Shown: positions 62,961-64,000 of the stretch, one piece after another
How positions within the stretch are numbered: the first letter of the stretch is position 1
Layout of the letters: each line of letters opens with the position of its first letter
Made by a program: the position numbers and the translations under genes
The notes under the pieces: generated by a model
Databases searched by the model: none
Seen by the model: the letters and a program-made list of their open reading frames with translations, nothing else
Told to the model about the DNA's origin: nothing
Assembly (NCBI RefSeq): GCF_001194135.2
Contig: NC_068981.1
Span: 22,998,977-23,062,976 of the forward strand
Direction: 5' to 3'
Length of the DNA stretch: 64,000 nucleotides
Source: Octopus bimaculoides
Taxonomy: Eukaryota

Positions 62961-63729
62961 CCAGCATTGGTAGTCAAGTGAGTGATGGCGGTGGTGGTGG
63001 TGGTGGTGGGGGGGGGGCAAACACCAACACCCACACACAAATACGCATATATATATATCCACACACAAAGACACATACATATACCTATATACATACCAGG
63101 CTTCCACATACTTTCCCTCACATGGCATTGGTCAGCTAAAAGCAATAGAAGACACTTGCTTAAGGTGCCATACAATGAGACTGAACTTGAAAACAAGTGG
63201 CTGAACTTCTTAACCCAACAACCAGAATATATTTGCTGAAGTTCTGTGCATTAGCATAAGACCTAGATGATGTGATTGTGACGTGAACTTCTTAGCAGCA
63301 CAGCTAAGCCTGCTCACACTTCAAGTTATACAATCAACTTCAACATACGTAATTCCTTTCAGAGAAATATTGATTTCTCACATGGACACAAAGCATCAAT
63401 TTACAAGAAAAGAATTATAATTAACAAAATTTTCTGGTATATTACATGTTTTATTGACACTGGAACAACAAAGTGGGAAGTCAACTTTGGTGGGATCTGA
63501 ACGATGTATGTAAAAGGGAAAAGCTTTAATGTTTGTGCTAGTCCAGGTCATTTTGTTATCAGATCCGTATTGAATGACCAAGTAAGGAGCTAAGGTACTA
63601 TCCAGCATAAAGCTTTGAATATGAAACTAATGAAGTAGCCACTATGTTGTTGCTCAACCTGCTAGAGATAGTAGGCATGTCTCTCTTAAATCACACCCAA
63701 ATGCCAATGGAATGTAAGCCATTAAAAAA

Positions 63730-63950
63730 TTTTCCTCTGGCTAATCTTTTCAGGTTCTGTCCAGTTGGATCCCTACTTTTTCAATTCTGCCTTAGTATCC
63801 CGCCACCAGCTATTTTTAGGGTACCTACCACCAGCTATTTTTAGGACACCCACTATTCTGCCTCCCTTGTGATTTCTAGATTAGTGACTGAAATATAATG
63901 TAGGATATTGGTTACCTTTTGGATTCTGCGGCACCATGTTGTGTTTTCCA
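63730..63950 (-). mobile_element. Decayed RTE-like LINE 3' end with a short internal duplication
   Basis: Reverse strand reads ...SQGRQNSGCPKNSWW (PQGKRxRGRPKNTW-like). cctaaaaatagctggtgg occurs twice. Confidence 0.5.
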
Positions 63951-64000
63951 GACATAAGACTTTTCTCTCTCCCAGGTCTTGTTTGTTTTGAATTGTCATT

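Overview
AT-rich, repeat-dense animal genomic DNA with several N gaps. The repeat content (tRNA-headed SINEs with internal (TA)n/(TG)n, (GAT)n-tailed repeats) looks like a coleoid cephalopod, most likely Octopus; this is inferred from recalled repeat families, not a search. The one protein-coding gene I can support is ceramide kinase (CERK) on the minus strand. Five coding exons (30315-30581, 9612-9740, 7856-7919, 6223-6368, 859-933; 681 nt) all have GT-AG boundaries and join in frame. They encode the C-terminal part of the PH domain and the N-terminal half of the DAGK-like catalytic domain (LLVFINPVGGKKKG, GIVCVGGDGMF, LRIGIIPAGSTD). The first coding exon was not found and the 3' exons lie beyond position 1. 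The rest is intronic or upstream sequence filled with SINEs, decayed LINE ends (RTE, CR1-like, a HERO-like RLE element), mariner fossils, MITEs (hAT, Tigger-like, mariner-like), DINE-1/Helentron-like elements and microsatellites. Leads worth checking: a frame-preserving 27-nt CERK micro-exon candidate, SINEs built from interchangeable heads and tails, nested insertions, inverted SINE pairs in the pre-mRNA, and two long hairpins. Most short ORFs in the supplied track are repeat-derived noise. I found no clearly novel protein system.
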